Positions 60,946-64,000 of a stretch of DNA of 64,000 nucleotides are shown piece after piece. A model generated the notes under the pieces. It was not told the DNA's origin. It did no database searches and saw only the letters and a program-made list of their open reading frames with translations. How positions within the stretch are numbered: the stretch's first letter is position 1; each line of letters begins with the position of its first letter. The stretch spans positions 60,778 to 124,777 of the forward strand of contig DGTM01000011.1 in the NCBI GenBank assembly GCA_002394305.1, read 5' to 3'. A program made the translations under genes and the position numbers. This DNA comes from Prevotellaceae bacterium UBA4336. Its GTDB lineage: Bacteria > Bacteroidota > Bacteroidia > Bacteroidales > Bacteroidaceae.

Positions 60946-61453
60946 CACAATCTTTTCGACTTAATGAAATGAAATAGCATAATTTTAGCAAAGGTGAATA
61001 CCGACGAGCCTCATACAGAATGACAGAAAGAAAGAAAACGAGGCGTTTTACTTACTATCTGACTTCTCATAAACTCACGAGATGCGCAGAAAAAGCCTTC
61101 GGACATGGTTTTGGTCGTTTTTCCGAAGAAAGTCGCTCAAATCAAAAGTACGCTGAAACACAGAGCATTACAAATCGATTTCTCCGACAAAAATCGTCAT
61201 ATTGTAAACTCCACTTAACAAAATCGAGCGTTTTTCTGCGTTTTTTGACCAAATTTGCCATGGAATTTTAGTGAACGCGACACAAGGCTTTTGTAAACGA
61301 AGCACGTCTTGTTGGTCAATTAAGCGTGCGTCGTTTGCAAACGTCCCACGTCAAGCGACCCAAAGCCCCCTGTTTTGCCCCCTTTTGGCCTTGTGCATGA
61401 AGTGACAAAAAGCAGGCAAAACAACAGGAAACGGCAGCAAATTGTTATTTTCG

Positions 61454-61813
61454 CTAAGCGTTGGAAGAATTGGAACGATGCCTTCCGTAGAGCCATGCGG
61501 AAGCGAAGCAGACCAGCAAGGAGGCACAGACAGTCAGGACGACGCCTGTCGGCATGGCGGGCTGCGTGGCTATGGAAGTCTGTTCGGCCGGTTCCTGTAT
61601 GGTCGTGACCGTCAGAGGAGTGGCTTGCGACAAGTTCTTCACTTCTTTCTGAGCCTGTTTCTCTGCCTTTTTCTTCTCCTTTTCAGCTTTCTTTTCTGCT
61701 TTTTTCTGTGCCTTCTCGGCCTTTTTCTGTGCCTTCTGGCTTGCTTTTTCCTGCTTCGCCTGCTTTTGGCGAATTTCTTCCCAATCTCTTGGAATCGGTG
61801 CAATGTCTAACAT
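61454..61813 (-). CDS. Hypothetical tail-anchored membrane protein with a Lys/Ala/Glu/Gln-rich (KKAEK-repeat) N-terminal half
   Basis: 119 aa with a single C-terminal TM segment (GVVLTVCASLLVCFASAWLY). It lies 42 nt downstream of the preceding membrane protein gene. Confidence 0.4.
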   Translation of the reverse strand: MLDIAPIPRDWEEIRQKQAKQEKASQKAQKKAEKAQKKAEKKAEKEKKKAEKQAQKEVKNLSQATPLTVTTIQEPAEQTSIATQPAMPTGVVLTVCASLLVCFASAWLYGRHRSNSSNA

Positions 61814-61855
61814 AAGATTGTGAGTTAAAAGGTTGAAAATGGAAATATTAAATAC

Positions 61856-63190
61856 TCAAAATGTTAAGTGGCTCAGGGATTGTATGAGTATGCCGACGAG
61901 AAAACTCGTGGTGTTGCATAGGAAACTGTAGATGGCAGCCCTTCGGAGGTCGCGGATGAAGAGGTAATACCACAGCGCTTCGACCAGAAGCACGACTGTT
62001 TCGCCTGCGACGAGATGGCTTGTCGTGTAGCCACACATCAGGAGGAAGCAGTTCAGCGGTACGTTTGTCAGGATGTTGACCAGTATGGCTCCTGTCAGCA
62101 CATCTTTCCTTTTCTCTCTCATCAGCATCAGCATCCCGACCTCGACGGCGACGGTGAGGAGTAAGGCGGAAAGCATTAAGAGGTGAACAGGCAAAAGAGT
62201 GAAAGAGTGAAAAAGCATGTAGCCTGGAATGAGGGCGGCAGCCAGCAGTCCAAAGGAGAGGGCTTCGCGTCCGGGCAGCAAGCGATTGCTGGCATAAAGC
62301 GTCATGGGCATGGTGAGGTTGATGGCAAAGATGCCAGTCAGGACAGGCAGCAACGGACTGGCAGCTCCTTCTCCACACATCAGGCAAGCTGCAGCGATGC
62401 CTACACAGAGTAAGATGGCGTGACAGATACCTATACAGCGTGCCAACCATCCGCCGAGGACTTTCCCCATCATGGCCGTTACAGCCAGAAGCAGCAGAAC
62501 TCTCGAAGGCTTTTCAACTTCTGCGGCAATAGCCTCGCCCACAAACGACCTCATCATGACGAAGGCAAGGATGGAGGGAAGAATCCAAAGCCCTCTCCTG
62601 CTCCCCCTTTGGGGGAGTGTCCAAGTTGCGAGACTCTTTGCTTTTGAGGCACTCACCCAAAGGGGTAGCGGGGAGAAGACTGACTGTGCCGCCAGTATTG
62701 CGATGCCAAGCAACATCCCTGCCATCAGCCACCAAGATGCGTAGAGTGCACCAACGGTAAGCCCCATTACGCCCGAAGAGACATATATGCCGAGTGCCCG
62801 CATGTCATTGCCTGTCACGGCGGCTGTCATCTTACCTCCCCAGACATGGAACAGAGAGTTTCCCATGCCCAGCAGGGCAGAAACAGACAGCGCACATAGC
62901 GGCATGAACTGTTGCCCCTGCATCGCAGCAACAAGCACTGCGACAGCCGTCGAAAGCAAACAAGCCGAAAGAAGCAATGACTTTTGAGGGCGGCAAAGAC
63001 GGTCTGTCCAGAAGCCAGTCAAAGGCTGCGACATGAAGGCCAGCACATTGTATAAAAGAAATAGACTCAGTACGTCTGTCGATAGGTCAGCCTTCGCCAT
63101 CAGATACAGGCAACACACACAAAGCCCGTCCACCAGGAAGTGGAGAACAGTGGCAAAGCCTATAGGCATCCATCTTGTGCAACCTGTCAT
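61856..63190 (-). CDS. Polytopic membrane protein of unknown function (MFS-like topology in the N-terminal part)
   Basis: The track start at 63214 is TTG. The ATG at 63190 gives MTGCTRWMPIGFATVLHFLVDG.... I count more than 10 hydrophobic segments and recognise no family. Confidence 0.5.
   Translation of the reverse strand: MTGCTRWMPIGFATVLHFLVDGLCVCCLYLMAKADLSTDVLSLFLLYNVLAFMSQPLTGFWTDRLCRPQKSLLLSACLLSTAVAVLVAAMQGQQFMPLCALSVSALLGMGNSLFHVWGGKMTAAVTGNDMRALGIYVSSGVMGLTVGALYASWWLMAGMLLGIAILAAQSVFSPLPLWVSASKAKSLATWTLPQRGSRRGLWILPSILAFVMMRSFVGEAIAAEVEKPSRVLLLLAVTAMMGKVLGGWLARCIGICHAILLCVGIAAACLMCGEGAASPLLPVLTGIFAINLTMPMTLYASNRLLPGREALSFGLLAAALIPGYMLFHSFTLLPVHLLMLSALLLTVAVEVGMLMLMREKRKDVLTGAILVNILTNVPLNCFLLMCGYTTSHLVAGETVVLLVEALWYYLFIRDLRRAAIYSFLCNTTSFLVGILIQSLSHLTF
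62588..62675. repeat. In-frame hairpin element (ctccccc-ttt-gggggag plus cccaaagggg) inside the membrane protein gene
   Basis: The sequence ccctctcctgctccccctttgggggag...cactcacccaaaggggtagcgggg encodes PLPLWVSASKAKSLATWTLPQRGSRRGL in a predicted loop. Confidence 0.55.
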
Positions 63191-63429
63191 CGTATTGTGG
63201 CTTGTCGAATGCAAATTTAGACAAATTACTGGAATTATAAGACAGTTGATGCAAAGAATTAACTTTATTTAGGAAAACGCCATACCCATGCGTCCGATAT
63301 GTGTCAGGAAGTGTTGCTTTATGGAAAAAGGAGATGAAATAAGGTGACTTTTGCCGCCTGAAGTTCCCATTTTCTGCATGTAAGAGAAAAAAGAAAGGAA
63401 GAAAGAGGGGAATACTAACAAATAATGTA

Positions 63430-63437
63430 TATCTTTG
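63430..63437 (+). promoter_or_regulatory. -7 box (TATCTTTG) for tRNA-Arg
   Basis: It lies 12 nt upstream of the tRNA 5' end. Confidence 0.55.
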
Positions 63438-63449
63438 CACCGCAAAAAG

Positions 63450-63521
63450 GCTCCTGTAGTTCAACGGATAGAATAGAAGTTTCCTAAACTTTAGATAGGG
63501 GTTCGATTCCCCTCGGGAGTA
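63450..63521 (+). tRNA. tRNA-Arg (anticodon CCT)
   Basis: Hand fold: acceptor GCTCCTG/CGGGAGT, D arm GTTC-AACGGATA-GAAT, anticodon arm GAAGT-TTCCTAA-ACTTT, T arm AGGGG-TTCGATT-CCCCT, discriminator A. Confidence 0.85.
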
Positions 63522-63582
63522 CACTACACTCTAAGAAAGAGAGTGTGTGAAACGAGAAACAAGGCACATTTCCTTTTGCCAA

Positions 63583-63615
63583 AATGGTAAATGGTAAATG
63601 GTTTAATGGTAAATG
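63583..63615 (+). repeat. ATGGTAA word array directly upstream of the korA start
   Basis: The sequence is aatggtaaatggtaaatggtttaatggtaaatg. Confidence 0.65.
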
Positions 63616-63619
63616 CAAG

Positions 63620-64000
63620 ATGGAAATAAAGGAAAAAGAATCTGTAGTAGTTAGGTTCTCTGGTGATTCCGGCGACGGCATGCAACTCGCCGGAAACATT
63701 TTTTCTACAGTCAGTGCCACCGTAGGCAACAGCATCAGTACGTTCCCCGACTATCCCGCCGACATCCGCGCCCCGCAAGGCTCGCTCACAGGCGTCAGCG
63801 GCTTTCAGGTGCACATCGGCGCCGGACAGGTCTACACCCCCGGCGACCTCTGCGACGTGCTCGTGGCAATGAATGCCGCAGCCCTCAAGACGCAGTACCG
63901 CTATGCCAAGCCCGATGCCGCCATCATCATCGACACCGACAGCTTCGGCCCCAAGGACCTGGAGAAAGCACAGTTCAAGACCGACGACTACCTCGGCGAG
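63620..64000 (+). CDS. korA: 2-oxoglutarate/2-oxoacid:ferredoxin oxidoreductase subunit alpha (5' part; runs off the window)
   Basis: Not in the ORF track. My translation from the ATG at 63620 is MEIKEKESVVVRFSGDSGDGMQLAGNIFSTVSATVGNSISTFPDYPADIRAPQGSLTGVSGFQVHIG..., the conserved KorA/OorA N-terminus. Confidence 0.8.
   Translation, partial: MEIKEKESVVVRFSGDSGDGMQLAGNIFSTVSATVGNSISTFPDYPADIRAPQGSLTGVSGFQVHIGAGQVYTPGDLCDVLVAMNAAALKTQYRYAKPDAAIIIDTDSFGPKDLEKAQFKTDDYLGE

Noticed and set aside
61020-61271. An 83-aa plus-strand ORF in the 460-bp region upstream of susC. It might have been a missing regulator of the PUL.
   Set aside because: It has no HTH or sigma/anti-sigma-like motifs. Its composition and length are consistent with a chance ORF in an AT-richer promoter region.

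Overview
This 64-kb window looks like a chromosomal segment of a high-GC Bacteroidales genome, probably Prevotellaceae. That guess rests on TAnnTTTG -7 promoter boxes, a SusC/SusD pair and T9SS-type C-terminal tails. No database search was possible, so every product call comes from reading the translated ORFs by eye.

Most genes are on the minus strand. Housekeeping genes are leuS, rdgB, cobB, a nucleoside kinase, three tandem FKBP isomerases, tRNA-Met, tRNA-Leu, tRNA-Arg and the korA 5' end. Glycan-foraging genes are a sialate O-acetylesterase not present in the ORF track, nanA, GH66-, GH78-, GH2-, GH97- and CE1-like enzymes, and a SusC/SusD/GH85 N-glycan locus. There is also an ECF sigma/anti-sigma operon and a ParE-type toxin-antitoxin pair.

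Several ORF-track starts are maximal TTG/GTG extensions. I re-set them to conserved ATG starts where the sequence supported it.

The stand-out region is about 38.6-50.6 kb. It holds a promoter-to-terminator minus-strand operon with four ORFs:
- a 2,234-aa coiled-coil giant
- a 731-aa ORF (706 aa from the preferred ATG)
- a 380-aa protein
- a 60-aa acidic peptide

Together these carry four cohesin-like modules, two dockerin-type duplicated calcium-loop segments and two short T9SS-type C-terminal tails. A receiver-less LytTR protein and a divergent LytS-type kinase lie directly upstream, with phased TCGTAC direct repeats in the promoter region. I interpret this as a candidate T9SS-anchored cohesin-dockerin surface assembly with no attached enzymes.

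The second recurring theme is small palindromic or word-repeat DNA elements. They sit in nearly every intergenic spacer, and several are inserted in frame in coding sequences, including leuS.
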